The notes beneath the pieces were generated by a model, which was not told the origin of the DNA, searched no databases, and saw nothing but the letters and a program-made list of their open reading frames with translations. A stretch of DNA of 49,662 nt from Girardia tigrina (lineage: Eukaryota). Shown in pieces: positions 1 to 11,927 of this stretch. The translations under genes and the position numbers were made by a program. The DNA is taken from positions 1 through 49,662 of the forward strand of contig MQRK01250363.1 in the NCBI GenBank assembly GCA_001938485.1, in the 5' to 3' direction. The number at the start of each line of letters is the position of its first letter. The stretch's first letter is position 1.

Positions 1-392
1 TGAGACACTACATAATTACTCAATATTATGACATCATTGCCTAACCATTGACCTACTTTTTGCATTGTGCACAATCCGTTTTCTGAAATCCACATTTCAT
101 ACTTGTACACCTAATATAATATATGAAGGTAAGGAGCTATGTGATGGGTACCATGTTTATTTAAATCAGTCATGCTAACGGTTAATTATAATAATGAGTC
201 TAATAATCACCTCCCATGCAGTTTAATAATAACTGAAACATTTCTTATATATGAACAACAATCTTCTTCCTTACATACGTGATCAACCAGTATTATATAA
301 ACGCACACTCATACACATGCTGGTATTATATAATTTATAAAAATTATAACTAGATCACAAACATCTACATATTCTTATCTCAAGTAACGAAA

Positions 393-424
393 TTAAGTGG
401 ATTTACTGGAGAATTCTTCCTCAT
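393..424 (-). CDS. Putative terminal coding exon 5 of the PLAT gene (or an alternative short-isoform exon)
   Basis: TTACAG acceptor after a 70-nt intron. Phase-1 join gives NEEEFSSKST-stop, for a 275-aa model. The gene could instead continue left of the window. Confidence 0.45.
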
Positions 425-494
425 CTGTAATACATAATTAAGGTCGAATTTTCAAAATGTTATCAAAAAATATTGTAAAGGTAAATTGCCTCAC

Positions 495-660
495 TCGTTC
501 TGATCGACTTAAATGCAAAAAGTTCTCGGGACACTTTTCCATCCTCTTTGTAGAGAGACAACCAGTGGTTGCACGTGAAAACCCATATCCTTTTCGTTTC
601 AATATTCATTATTTCCACTCCTTGAAGAAGCCAGCTGTCCTTTGGTTCTAATCCATCGTG
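495..660 (-). CDS. PLAT/LH2-domain (LOXHD1-like) gene, coding exon 4
   Basis: TTTCAG acceptor, 166 nt encoding HDGLEPKDSWLLQGVEIMNIETKRIWVFTCNHWLSLYKEDGKVSRELFAFKSIRT, GTGAGG donor. Matches the PLAT C-terminal half HD......SW.L..V.......F.C..WL....DG...REL. Confidence 0.9.
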
Positions 661-1334
661 CTGAAATATTTAGGTTTTTTATCAAAAATAGTCTACGAAA
701 ATGATTACGAAAAATAATTTAAGATAAAACTAAAATTATGTAAAGTAGAGACATAATCATAATCAGACAATAAAAAAAGAACGAAGAAAAATTTAAAACA
801 GAATTGAAATACAATCATTGAATTAAGTATTAAGTGTGTGAGTAAAAGGAAGGAAGAAACCATATTCGGATATGAGTTCGACGGAATCAGACAATTATTA
901 TTATATAGCAATAATTTATGGATTATTTACTTCTATTAGTACAGTTATTCCTTTTATCAATACTTCTATTCAAATTAAAAGGATGTATTTTCATTCATGT
1001 GAATATCTCTTTGCGTCTTCTATCTATTTGATTTTTGTTATGCAATACAGGAAAATACTATTAGTCAATTTATTTTACAGGATTTTTCATTGTAATTCGA
1101 CAACATTTCATTGAAATTCGACAAAATTGGAGGACTCAAAAATAAAATAATTAAAAATAAAGTAAAGGATTGGAAATAATTTTTTTGAAAAAATATATGA
1201 ATAAAAATATAATCATACTGTTATATTTATAAAAAATTTAGAAAATAAAGAATATTTGGTAAAAAAATAATATAAAATTTAAACAATAAAAATTCAAAAG
1301 TTCAATTATTTATTATTTCATTATTCACAGATTT

Positions 1335-1620
1335 CAGAATGTAAGAAAACATGTTCCTCCAATATCCTTGACAGTCCGTGGCTGAGATTGACTGGGAACC
1401 ATTTCTTATTGTTTCGAGGAGTTCATTTTCGCTTCTTGAGTTAGGTCTTAACTATATTCTTCCACTTTGAAAGCATGTTTTCGATCGGATTAAGGAAAGG
1501 TGAAAATGGAGAAAGATAGCAGTTCAAATCCTCTTTCTTCGACTAACTCTTTAATAATTGCTGCATGATAAAATCTTACACTATCCATAACAAAAACTCC
1601 AGATACAATATTTTTTGTAT
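1335..1620 (-). pseudogene. Decayed IS630/Tc1-superfamily (DDE_3) transposase C-terminus
   Basis: Frameshifted translation GVFVMDSVRFYH...YLSPFSPFLNPIENMLSKWKNIV...ISATDCQGYWRNM matches the VMDN..FH and LPPYSP.LNPIE motifs. Confidence 0.75.
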
Positions 1621-2174
1621 GATATTTTCAACCAGATTTCCTATGAAGTCATAATGGTTGTCATTAAATAATTATTATCGTTAAGACTAAACAATTTAAC
1701 TTGCATCCATCCAAGAATAACCTGATTTTTTGTTCACGGTCCAGAGAAAGAAATAATAGATATTGCTAAAGAAAATTAAAATTTTTACATTTTTGATAAT
1801 AACTTCCTTTTTATAAAACTGGTCATTGGCTTCCTGACACTATTTCGCTAATCGAATCACTATGAACGAATCAGATATAATTTTCCAAGTATCGATAACA
1901 GTTATTTTGATCCATTGTCAATTCTAGTAGTTTCCTGTAATACTTTGAAAATACTATCAAGTAGTTTGGGTTCTGTTATTGTCATCATCAACATTAGTTT
2001 TTTATTGCTTACATTGGTTCATTATATTAAACTTGAAGTAGCTTTATTAGTTATATTACATTATTTTTTCATAACTATTACAAATTTTCACGTTACCTAT
2101 CGTTTGTAAGCGATAATTGTAAAGATTTAAATTTTCGTGTGTTACTAGTCTCGTTATATCGTTTGATTATTTAA

Positions 2175-2418
2175 CCCGAATGGGGCCACCGTCCTTTTAA
2201 AAGAACACTGCTCAAATATTTTTTTACATCAATTTGACGACTCAGCAACAGGCGGCATTAGGTGCAATAGTCTTTGTATATATGAGTCATGAGTTTGAAC
2301 TCATCAGTTTATTATGTAAATATTTTTTAATGTAGAACAAGTTATTTAGATATAATAAACCAGAATTAATATTAAAAATTCATTTTTTCTAACGGAAATA
2401 GTTTCGGCCCCATTATGG
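2175..2418. mobile_element. piggyBac-type MITE
   Basis: TTAA flanks at 2171-2174 and 2419-2422; imperfect TIRs cccgaatggggcc / ggccccattatgg. Confidence 0.65.
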
Positions 2419-3221
2419 TTAAAGCAGTTAAATAGCCCTTAACTAGGCTCACCAAATTTAACATTTTGGTTAACCTAGTTTATTTTTATAAAAGTTGAAA
2501 TAACAGATTTATCACTCAAAATATGGGGATAAATTTGTTTTTTTTTACATTATCTTAAAGAATTTTTAAGTAATAATCATTCGGTGCTCAAATTAAAAGT
2601 AACTAATGCGTAACAGACTCAAGTTATAAAAATTAAATGATTTTTAAGAAATATTTTATATATTCTCCATGAACAAAACAGTTGAACAAGACTTGTGTCA
2701 AAACATGTTTTAAACATATAAAAATTATCCAAATAAAAGAAATTAAATTATTTTATTTATTTAGTGGAGAATAATTAAGTTTATTTATTATTTATTTAAC
2801 TACTATTTATATTTATAATACAGATAAAATTTTGAGTCCATTGCTTTCTACATTTTTACCAACTGTTAAAACTATTGTTATTTTTATGAGTGTTTTATAC
2901 CCTACTACGTTGCAATTAATTCTGTAGATAATTTCCATTAACTATTTATCATCTTTCGCCTGATGAATTGGTATCAAATTCTATAGTTTAAATTTCCTGT
3001 ACATTATTTATAAATCCATTAAATTCTGTCAGTTTCCCGTTCAAAAATTGACATTTCTCATAGCTAATAATCCTGCCTTACATATACTGTAGCTAGAACA
3101 AAATCAATTTTAAATCCGAAATAATCGATCTTTTAACAATTATGACTATTTAAATCAAAAGAAAACATCTGCCTTTTAAATGAAAATAAATACAACATTA
3201 AGATGGTTTTCCTTTTATTAA

Positions 3222-3821
3222 TATATAGTACAGGCCCCTGACGTTGTACGGCGTCAATATACCAAATGCATTTTAACCCTTAATAACCTAGAGTTTCAAT
3301 TTTGATACCAATCTTTTAAACGTTCTTTATGGCGTTAATGTCTGAAGTATCAAAATTGATACCTTTTTTTTCTAAATAAATATGTGAAATAAATATTGTG
3401 ATTTTTTAGCTATTTTTCCCTTCATCTTGACCCTCAAGCCAACACAGTAATATTAAAAATAAATCACTTTCGTAAATCAGGCTACTAAGGGTTAAACAGT
3501 ATCCTATATAAATGCGGTATATAAAATTCGAAATGTTTGGTACCAAGCGGTGAACGTACTGCCGTAGAAAATCTAATGAACGGCACCTAAATGTATAAAG
3601 CCAATAGTTAAGTTTTGGGGTGGCAGTCTCATGGATGAAGCTGTTTTTGAAACGCTGATGTCGGGGCATTGGTCAGCATAGATAGGGAAATGCAAAAACA
3701 AATTTATCATTGGATACTTCAGTGAAAAGCAATTCTATTTGGTACCGATTTGGTTGGGGAATGGTTTATGTTTCAGTAAGATAACAATCCAAAACAGACA
3801 TCAAAACTTTATATGAAGGAT
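3222..3821 (+). mobile_element. Possible non-autonomous Helitron/Helentron-like element (interrupted by a MITE)
   Basis: 5' tagtacaggcccctgacgttgtacggcgtc GC hairpin and a 3' aaacagaca...tttatatgaaggat end resemble HINE/DINE-type termini. Pattern resemblance only. Confidence 0.3.
3277..3491. mobile_element. piggyBac-type MITE
   Basis: TTAA flanks; TIRs cccttaataacct / aggctactaaggg; internal inverted tcaattttgatac / gtatcaaaattga. Confidence 0.7.
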
Positions 3822-3825
3822 TCAA

Positions 3826-4090
3826 GAGCAAATAAAACTGCAGGTACTCTTTAATCTATAGAATGGCCACCAGTATCGCAGGATGCAAATTCGATAGAAA
3901 TGTCCAGGGATGAGCTTGACATAAAGGTACGGAAACTACATCTAACTAGCGAATTTCCTTTGTGGAATGTCTACAGCACTCTTAGCAACGATTGCGTCCA
4001 GAAAGACTCAAAAAATTAGTTGCTAAAAAGCCCAGAATTTATGAAGCCATCATCAAATCAAAAGGTCAACATATTTATGAAAAAAAGGCT
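3826..4090 (+). pseudogene. Decayed Tc1-like transposase C-terminus
   Basis: IEWPPVSQDANSIEMSRDELDIKVR...LKKLVAKKPRIYEAIIKSKGQH matches Tc1 WPPQSPDLNPIE.LWDEL...LV.RMPR.C.AVI..KG. Confidence 0.75.
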
Positions 4091-4443
4091 AGATTTACTT
4101 TTTCGTTGTTTTTTGCATTAATATATTATGTTAAGAGATTAAAACGCGGTTGAGAAAATTTGTGAATTAGAATTAAAGGTGGTTAGAAAATAAAGAGATT
4201 AACAAAGAATAAAAATTATTATAAAAAACATAGAATATAAATTTTAAAAAATTCGGTTCCGGTTTAACATTAATAAAACTAAAAAAAATTAAAAACGACA
4301 GACGAATTTGTTTAAATATTTCGTGAGGCTGGCAGATTTTAAAAAGTAACTGTATTATAACAATTGTATTGTGGTCAAATGTTTTTTTAGATTTCATTGG
4401 AATTATTTGCTCAACCAGTAGGTGCGTCTACGAAAATTAACAT

Positions 4444-4446
<3 letters not shown>

Positions 4447-4481
<35 letters not shown>
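4447..4481. repeat. (TA)n microsatellite
   Basis: Directly visible; abuts the Tigger left end. Confidence 0.95.
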
Positions 4482-4485
<4 letters not shown>

Positions 4486-5661
4486 ACCCTCCATTTAAGT
4501 CCACTCCCATTAAGGTCATCATTTTTTAACGTATTTTTTAGGCGTAAAAAACGCATAACCCTCCCATTAAGACCCTTTTTGTATTATGATTGGATTTAAT
4601 AATTTAAAAAATCTTTTAAGAAAATTCATTTTTAACAATTATTTTTACATTTAATTGTTAATCATGACATTACATTGACATCATGATTTATGGATAGATA
4701 AATTCTATATAAGAAACTAAATAAAAATTTTGTAATTTTCCAAATTAAAAATTTGTTTATACTTTCAGTAATAATTTCAGTAACAATTCAAAACTTAATC
4801 CTTCTAACATGAAGCAAAACAAAGTAATAAAGAAACGTGTTATACTTTCTATCTCACAAAAAAAACTTATCAAAGCTTATGGAATTAAGCACCCAAAATT
4901 AACACACATCGAAATTGCAGAACATTTTCAGAAGAATTTCATTAAGGACGAAAGGTCAGATTATTAAAAATGACGAACTGGAAAAATTAATTGAATCAGT
5001 TAACAGGAAAAGAGAACTACCTGTTATTAGTAATGAACTTGAACAAGCTATGCTTCAGTGGATTAGCATGGCAAATGAGAGGGGCCTTTATACTACAGAT
5101 CTAATACTACAAGAAAAGGCTTCTCGATTTGCGGAGTTACTGAATTTAACTTGGTTTAAATCAAGTAAAGGATGGATTACCAAGTTTAAAAAACGAAACA
5201 ATCTTAAATCCTATCTTGTGTCAGGTGAAATGGCTTCCATTGAGCACAGTGATATTAAAAAAAATCATGAAATTCTTAGAGATAAATTGAAAAAAATTGC
5301 AATACGTGATATTTAAAATCTCGATGAAACGGGGTTATTTTTTAGATGCCCACCTAGTAGAACTATTATCTCACAGCCATGTAAGGAAAGAAAAAATTCA
5401 AAAGAAAGAATTACAGTAATGTTTTGTGTTAATAGTGATGGAAGTGATAAAAGAAAACCTGTTGTGATAGGAAAAAATTTAAATCACAGATGTTTTAAAA
5501 ATTTCAATGTTAGCTCCTTTGATCATTACAAAGCAAATAGTAAGGCATGGGTCACCACTAATGAGTTTCAATCATATGTTCGTGATTTAGATAAAGAAAC
5601 GAGAAACAAAAGAAGAAAAATTTCATTAACATCCCACAAATGTGACAATCTTACAAATATT
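4481..5661 (+). mobile_element. Tigger/pogo DNA transposon, 5' part with decayed transposase (ATG 4809)
   Basis: Left end agtgaaccctcc after TA. CENP-B-like HTHs (MKQNKVIKKRVILSISQKK...; ELEQAMLQW...FKSSKGWITKFKKRNNL), NLDETGLFFR, KERITVMFCVNSDGSDKRKPVVIGK; stops and frameshifts present. Confidence 0.9.
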
Positions 5662-7150
5662 GATAAAACGAAGTCCGGATGAAAATCTTCTTTTAATAAC
5701 CAAAGTCATCCATTTAAAAATATATTTTAAGACAATATATTTCGACGAATCTACCGTCATCTTCAGGTCACTAATTAATAATCAATTCACCTGTATATAA
5801 ATACAAAAATGATGATTATGTAATCGATTGCGTGAAATCATGCTAATCAAAAATTCTCGATAAGCTGGTTGAGACTGCCGATTGGAACATTGATTTTAGG
5901 GCAACGTGACCTAATTTACAATGTTTCACACGACACACTTTCCCAATAACTGTCAAAATGGTTACACAGAATTTTGAAATTATCAAAATTAACATCACAT
6001 TTACATTTTTTCCTATGTTCTGCAATATTATCTTACTCTCTTTTCGACCATGTTCTTGAATTCGTTTACAGAGATGACGGGCAGTCTCTCCAATGTATGT
6101 GGCATCGCACCCATTACATTTATATTCATAAAAAATATCAGAACAAAGTGTTAAAGGTGTAATAGATTTATTACTCAACATATTTTGAATTTTATGGGAT
6201 CGTGATATAATTTTTAAATTTAATTCATTGTAAGTTGCTTTTAACAATGCATTTTTAAAGTTTTTAAATCCTTCAGAATAAGGTAGAATTAAACAATATT
6301 TAGGCATATTATTCATATCTAATTATCCTTCGATCTCTTTCTTAGATTCATCAGGAGAAGCCAAACTGTGATTTTTCGAAAAATCTTTCAAAAGTATTTT
6401 ATCTACTGTTTCCTTTATTAATTTTTCTAGAAAAGATTTAGAATAACCATTCTTATTTAACAACGAACTTAGTTTATTAACACTTTCTACAGATTTAACA
6501 AAAGTGGAAGACAACGACCAGGAACGATAAATTAAACCTTTAATCATGTTTCTTTTATACTTAAGTTCACAAAAACTATCTGGTGAAGTATATAAACCTG
6601 TATCAGTTTGCTTTCTATAAATTCCAGTCTCGTAACTAAGAGATTTTCTTTCAACCAAAAGATCCAAAAAAGGTAAGACTCCATTCTTTTCATTTTCAAA
6701 TGTAAAAGTAACATTTGAATGTAACAAATTCATAAAATTTAAAAATGGAAGTACATCAGCCTGATTTTTAAAAACTAGAAATATATCATCAACGTATCGT
6801 TTATATACTAAAGGTTGATTTCCATCAAACAGTTTAATTTTATTTTCAATCTTTGAAAGAAAAACAGAANCTAACGTTGGTGCTAACGGTGAACCCATAG
6901 CAACCCCATCAGTTTGCTTATACCACTCATTATTAAAAAGAAAATGAACATTTGATGTTGCAAAGTTTAATAACTCTCGAAACCCAACCTTGTCGACAAT
7001 ATAAAACGACTAAACCATTCCCTTTATTAAATTTACATACATTAATATTTTTCTTAGATAGATTTTTTAAAATCATAAAATCTTTGTTATTTTGCTTAAA
7101 ATTTTTATTTACATAATCTGAAGTATTTTTATTCAAAACATGCTTAAAAT
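5662..7150 (-). mobile_element. Penelope-like retroelement (PLE), decayed, RT + GIY-YIG endonuclease, inserted in Tigger
   Basis: YKQTDGVAMGSPLAP, YKRYVDDIF, LPFLDLLV, IYRKQTDTGLY (6323-6930); YEYKCNGCDATYIGETARHL..RIQEH GIY-YIG (5843-6316); N-terminal INVCKFNKGNGLVVL fragment. Confidence 0.92.
5731..5769 (-). ncRNA. Minimal hammerhead ribozyme of the Penelope pseudo-LTR
   Basis: Minus strand gac-CTGAAGA-tgacg-gtagatt-cgtc-GAAA-tata-TT-gtc: core CUGANGA...GAAA, stem II gacg/cgtc, palindromic tata loop III, short stem I gac/gtc. Lies just 3' of the GIY-YIG, as known for PLEs. Confidence 0.65.
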
Positions 7151-7319
7151 ATCCGAAATCAAAACTATGAAAATAAGAAATATTAAATAAATAATAACCA
7201 TACATTGCAAAAAATAGCCATACATACAAAAACAGTAAATTTAAACCTTATTTTGCTTCTTTATTTAAAAAAAAAATAACTCTTGACAAAATGCCAAGAA
7301 ATGATTTGACACTTTCAAA

Positions 7320-7530
7320 TAAATAAAATTTAAAGACTTTGTATCGTGGAAAATTGGTTAATTACATATTAGAATCTATTGATGAAAACTTATTAATTAG
7401 TCCAACTACAGCCAGAGAAATGAGTTCAAAAATTCTCCTTTGGCAAGCCATACTGTTTGTCGCTGACAGTTGGTGAGCTATAAAAACCAGTACAATACAG
7501 AACTGTTTTATCAATTGTGGCTTATCAATT
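7320..7530 (+). pseudogene. Tigger/pogo transposase C-terminal remnant
   Basis: NLKTLYRGKLVNYILESIDENLL...ILLWQAILFVADSW*AIKTSTIQNCFINCGL, typical end of Tigger DDE_1 proteins. Confidence 0.8.
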
Positions 7531-8755
7531 GTGCCCGACACTGTTCTATAGAGATCTTTGGGTCCCTTCAATTTTTTGGCCGCTAACCGCCACTGCTTAT
7601 TAATTATGATTGTTTTAACGCCGTGATAAAAAGATGTAAAGTGGTAACTCCGCACAATTTTTAAAAAATAAAAATAAAAAAAGTTATTACTACAAAAAGA
7701 ATGATTTTAATTAATATGAAAAAGGCATCGTCGGTTGAGAAAGTTTCCTTCCGACATGAATTCAGCTAAATCCAAAAATATCAAACATTTCGGGCGAATC
7801 AACGAAAATGGGAAAGATAAACTGCCTGTGCCTGGGCCACAAACTATAATCTCGGCTTCTGGATTTCTCACAAAGCTAACCTGTAAGAACTTGCCTTCAT
7901 AGTTGGTTTGTCATTAGTTGCTGAGTCCAATCCGACCCTTAGACCTTGCAAAAAAACAAACCGCATCTGCGTCTGGGTCGGACGGCCTTCCCACACAACT
8001 CGGGATGTGTCATGACACCAACGTAAAAAGGGACCGTTTTTGCGGGTGAACCTTTGCGAGTGCCAAAATAGGAGTCTGAAGACAGTCGAGGGACATGTGT
8101 GCTCGCATGTGAGGGAATTTTCCGATGCGGCTGGTCCTGGGCTCAATGGACGCTTTAGTCCGAGCTCCGTGCTTGACGAATATTTACTCATCGGCGTAGC
8201 CCATTTTGTCATGTCAGGACATTAATGTCAAAAACTATTGACAGGAAATTCCGGATCACAGTAAATAAAAAGAAGCTCAAAATGCAGACCAGGTTCAAGC
8301 AGTACTTCCTAATTCTTTTAGTAAAAAAAGAGAACATTAAAGAGAAGATTATTTTACAGGAAAATAAACTAATGAATTAATTTTTATATTTTGATTTCAT
8401 ATGCGTTTTTATTTTTATGTTAAAAATTTCTTTTCTAACAATAGTATTGTTGAATGTATTTTATAATTTGTCTTTTTATTGTTAAATCCGAATTAAGTGT
8501 TCTTTTGTTTAATTTTTGTGACACAGGCAGTATTAATTGCGTATATGACGCAATTATTACAAAAGTGACGTCATAGATCGGAAATTTCTTTTATTGAATC
8601 ATAATTATCTTAGCCACGATTTCTCGATATTAAAGCTCTTTGACTAAATGATTCTTTGTCGTATTTCCGTGAAATTGTATTATCAATGTTTTCATTTTAA
8701 TAAATATCGCAAATTAAAACAGCCAAAGTAACATCAATTAAGTATATAAAAATAC

Positions 8756-8923
8756 CTCAATAAGAATTGACTCTAAATCTCCGAGATCGTTACATCGGAT
8801 GGGGAAAATCTGAGTGGATCCTGGAGTAAATTTGAAAGATTTCTGTTTTTTGTTGTTTTGGCTAGGCTTCTTTAAACGGGTCCTCGGCAGATTAGCTTTG
8901 TCACCTCGAATACTTATGTAGAC
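8756..8923 (-). CDS. PLAT/LH2-domain (LOXHD1-like) gene, coding exon 3
   Basis: TTTGTAG acceptor, 168 nt encoding VYISIRGDKANLPRTRL...FKFTPGSTQIFPIRCNDLGDLESILIE, GTATTT donor. Matches the PLAT core pattern VYI...G...F..G....F.....DLG.L..I.I. Confidence 0.9.
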
Positions 8924-9563
8924 CTACAAAAGAGACAGTAATGTAAATCATTATTGATAAGACACTATAACCGATTAATTAATATTCAAAATGGGCAAAG
9001 TAAAATCGTCTCAATTCTTAAAATTTTTAATTAAAATAAATAAAAAATATAGCCATTAATTTCCAATAAAATCCTAAAATATTAATATTTATTGTAATAT
9101 TTACTGAAAATAAACTCCCATTAATAAATATTTTATTATTGTACACATTACATTATAATTCTTGACGAGGAAAAGAGTTCCAAAACATGTACAATAATCT
9201 TTAACAAAATTATTTTTCAAAAATATGTGTACCCTAAATGTAAAAGTTTTTCAAATGAAAAGTGAGATAAACGATAAACGGATTATTTCAAATGATACAA
9301 TTTTTATTTACAACAATGTCACCAGTTCAAAGACTGTTAATTTTAATCACATTAAATGCGTGTATATTTATTTCATTAACAATTAGCTGAACTCATTTTT
9401 CACAACCCCTTTCAAATGTTTCATAATTCAAAATCCAATCATTCTTAATTTCAGCTTGATATTTTGTGTTGAAATGGTTATTTTAATTCCAATTTTTGAA
9501 CGGATTAAAGTTTCGTATTTAAAGAGAGTAAGTTTTATTACTAATTGTAAAGTGATGTAATAT

Positions 9564-10151
9564 ATAACCACAGCTGAGAAAAGGGACCACAAGTCGCTGC
9601 ACAGAAAGCCCAGAAATCGCCTTTAATAGTGGATTGGTCAAAAATGGGGCAAAAGTAGTTCTCTATCTCTTTAAATAGGTCAATCCATTCCCCTGAATAC
9701 AGTATGCATCATTTGTTGTCTTGACCTATTAATAGGCCTTAACTACCAACTTCAAGTGGCTGAGTGAAAAGCGACCACAAGTCGGCCATTGTGTTTTCGC
9801 TAATAAATCATGTCAATACTGAGGAAAATACTTTTTCTAATTAGGTATATATAGCGGGCTTTATGTTTAATTTCAGTGAAAATATTTAAAGTCAGGTGAA
9901 TCATTATTCAGACTGCTGCTGCTGCTGTCTAAAACGCATTGTAAATGCATTGCATAATAAACATAATATTTCAATTCGCATTTTCTCAAAAACGAGTTTT
10001 TACAAATATGACCATTGTGATATCTGTAGAAGAGTCAAATGATGGAATATCAGCATGATTTTTTGCGCAGTTGTTAACTATTATGAGACCTACAACGTGG
10101 CACTCTTAACTCAGTTTCCTATTTGTGGTCCCTTTTCTCAGCTTTGGTCGC
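9564..10151. mobile_element. MITE with ~28-bp TIRs and ATAT target duplication (possibly Sola1-like)
   Basis: ataaccacagctgagaaaagggaccacaa ... ttgtggtcccttttctcagctttggtcgc, flanked by ATAT on both sides. Superfamily is inferred from the TSD only. Confidence 0.75.
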
Positions 10152-11419
10152 ATATATTTATGATCAATCATTGCTAACTCATTTTAGCAATATGAAAGAA
10201 TAACTCAAATTTAAATTTTGTAATTGTGAGGAATGTTTTGAATTGTGTGTTGATATTGTGCATGTTGTATGTTGATTCCGATTGTGCCTCTCCTACACAG
10301 ATGGATGATAGATACTTTCTTTGATTCTTACTAATTAAAAATAATTTAATTTAATTTTAAAGTAAAAAGATTTAAAATAATTTTTGAATGTATTATTTAT
10401 TTTTTAATGTAATTTAAAATTTTAATATATTAATTTAATATGTTCTTTTTTTTAAATGTTAAGATTTAATTTCAACCAATTAGATTCTTTATAATTAATA
10501 ATTTTTATTAACAGATTTTCATTTATTGAAAATAATTAGTTTGAACTCAGAAATAAATTGATCAAGAGAGATGTCAAATAGTGAATGCGCTTGTTGTATT
10601 AATAAATGTTGTAAACCTCATATTGATGTTGTTAATAGTAATAACACTTGTACTAACGAATATAACTTTCAAGAGAAAGAAAAAGGTTTATACAAAATCA
10701 CTGAACAAGACAATGATAGTAAAGGAGATTTATTAAATAATAAGTTACTTCTTGTCGGAGATCAGAAAGTAAAAGTGTTACGAACTTAAAAATGTCTGTT
10801 TATAATAAATTTCTATGTTATAGCATGATTAAATATCAGTTAAAAGTTTGCTGTATTGGCTGTTCGTTGGAGAAAAACATCGTCAATTATCAGTATTTTG
10901 ATAAAGAAAACCACAATCAATGATATGTTGATTGAGTAATTCAGGTGGTAAAATATTCTGTTAATTTGCCCAAATATCATATATTAAGGAATTTAACCGG
11001 AAACGTAAAATGAAGAATACCTAATTTAATTATTAATTTTTATTTCTGGGATATTTTTTTATTTATTTAATTTCAATTCTAATTATCCCATGGTAATATG
11101 GAATTTCGAATTTAAATTAAAAATTTATAATTATTAAAAGGTAATAATTATTATTTATAATTATTATTACTATTTAATATAAATAGTAATATATAATTTT
11201 ATTTATACATGTATATATGTAATTGTAAATATTGAAACCATCCGCCTGAATTCCACCGCATAATGTAAAAGTCATCACGTGGGACTGGTCGAGATATAGA
11301 TAATAATAATTATGATATTATATATACATATATATTTATATACTTTTAACATTTTTGAACATAGAACAGAAACATTACACTAATGACAAAAGTACTTTAA
11401 AATGAATAAAATAACCTAC

Positions 11420-11721
11420 TGGAACAGTTGTACCGCCTCCTTTGATATCGGCTGTCGTTACAGCGACTTTATATAATGCATCAGATTGTTTTGAAAGATA
11501 ATCTGAATGTCTGAAGGAATTAGATCGTAATCCTAGTCTTTGAGCATCAAGAGAAGAGTGATAAAAATCCCTGAGTGGCAAATGTGGCGAAAGCATGTAG
11601 TGGAATTTTCTGGCAAAATAATCATTTAAATTGGGATCTTGGAGAGAACAATAATTGAGAATTCCAGGTGACTTGCTCGGCTCAAAAGCGCCTGCTCCGA
11701 TGTATCCCGAGGTTGATCTGT
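11420..11721 (-). CDS. PLAT/LH2-domain (LOXHD1-like) gene, coding exon 2
   Basis: 302-nt open exon encoding ...YCSLQDPNLNDYFARKF...LYKVAVTTADIKGGGTTVP (start of the PLAT domain). Donor GTAGGT at 11419, phase 0. Confidence 0.85.
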
Positions 11722-11767
11722 CTAAATTAGAGTTTGTATCGTTACAATGAGATCATATTTCGTTTAC

Positions 11768-11927
11768 TGGCGTAAGGAGTCGGTGGTTTTGATAGAGAGA
11801 ATGACTGGGACTTGTTCCTGTTGTAACGGTATATTTCTTTGTTCTCCAGTTGAGAGAGCTTCATGCAGAGTCGCACATTCTCAGAATGATCGACTGGACT
11901 GCTCATGTAGCCACCGCCGGTTGACAT
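11768..11927 (-). CDS. PLAT/LH2-domain (LOXHD1-like) gene, coding exon 1
   Basis: ATG at 11927 (MSTGGGYMSS...PTPYA). Phase-1 donor GTAAAC at 11767 starts a 46-nt intron ending TTTAG at 11722, and the frame continues into exon 2. Confidence 0.7.

Noticed and set aside
1-110. Open minus-strand frame VYKYEMWISENG... after a TAG, a possible further exon of the PLAT gene
   Set aside because: No PLAT motif, and the open frame is phase 0 whereas exon 4 ends in phase 1; truncated by the window.
10740-10910. KLLLVGDQKV / YQLKVCCIG resembling a small-GTPase G1 box
   Set aside because: No in-frame GKT/S and no downstream DxxG or NKxD motifs.
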